Positions 63,854-64,000 of a stretch of DNA of 64,000 nucleotides are shown here, piece after piece; position 1 is the stretch's first letter, and each line of letters begins with the position of its first letter. The DNA lies in assembly GCF_003704095.1 (NCBI RefSeq), contig NW_020846086.1, forward strand, positions 62,001 through 126,000. Direction: 5' to 3'. This DNA comes from Pocillopora damicornis. Its lineage: Eukaryota. A model generated the notes under the pieces. The model had not been told where the DNA came from. It did not search any database and was given only the letters and a program-made list of their open reading frames with translations. A program made the translations under genes and the position numbers.

Positions 63854-64000
63854 CTGAAAATAGATGAAAACCAGCTAGGCTTAAAACTTTACAATGAGTA
63901 TTGTTCTGCCAGCCAAACTAAAAAAGGTGGGATCATGTGCAATTAAGGAGGTCTTCACCAATCAATTGGGATAATAAATGGGTGATTATATCAGTCTGAA

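Overview
Intron-rich, AT-rich animal genomic DNA, not prokaryotic. The repeat families and gene style suggest an anthozoan cnidarian, probably a stony coral (inference). Genes were assembled by hand from GT-AG exons with consistent phases. In order: (1) a signal-peptide first exon of a gene running off the left edge (-); (2) an EGF + ZP-domain transmembrane protein (-, 418 aa); (3) two head-to-head Canopy (CNPY3/4-like, saposin-fold) ER protein paralogs, with two tRNA-Thr(TGT) genes nested antisense in an intron of one; (4) a very unusual ABCB1/P-glycoprotein-derived gene (-); (5) most of RIF1 (-), running off the right edge. Repeats include SINEs, TTAA-flanked MITEs, a Penelope-like fragment with a minimal hammerhead ribozyme, (GACT)n and (AAT)n microsatellites, and a 57-bp minisatellite. 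There is one 180-N assembly gap. The best novel-system candidate is the ABCB gene. Its traced exons read through without stops, yet both ATPase sites are degenerate. Extracellular loop 1 is expanded to about 345 aa, and a 405-aa Gly/Pro repeat exon sits at the ICL3 coupling helix. This fits a pump repurposed as a receptor, scaffold or regulator.
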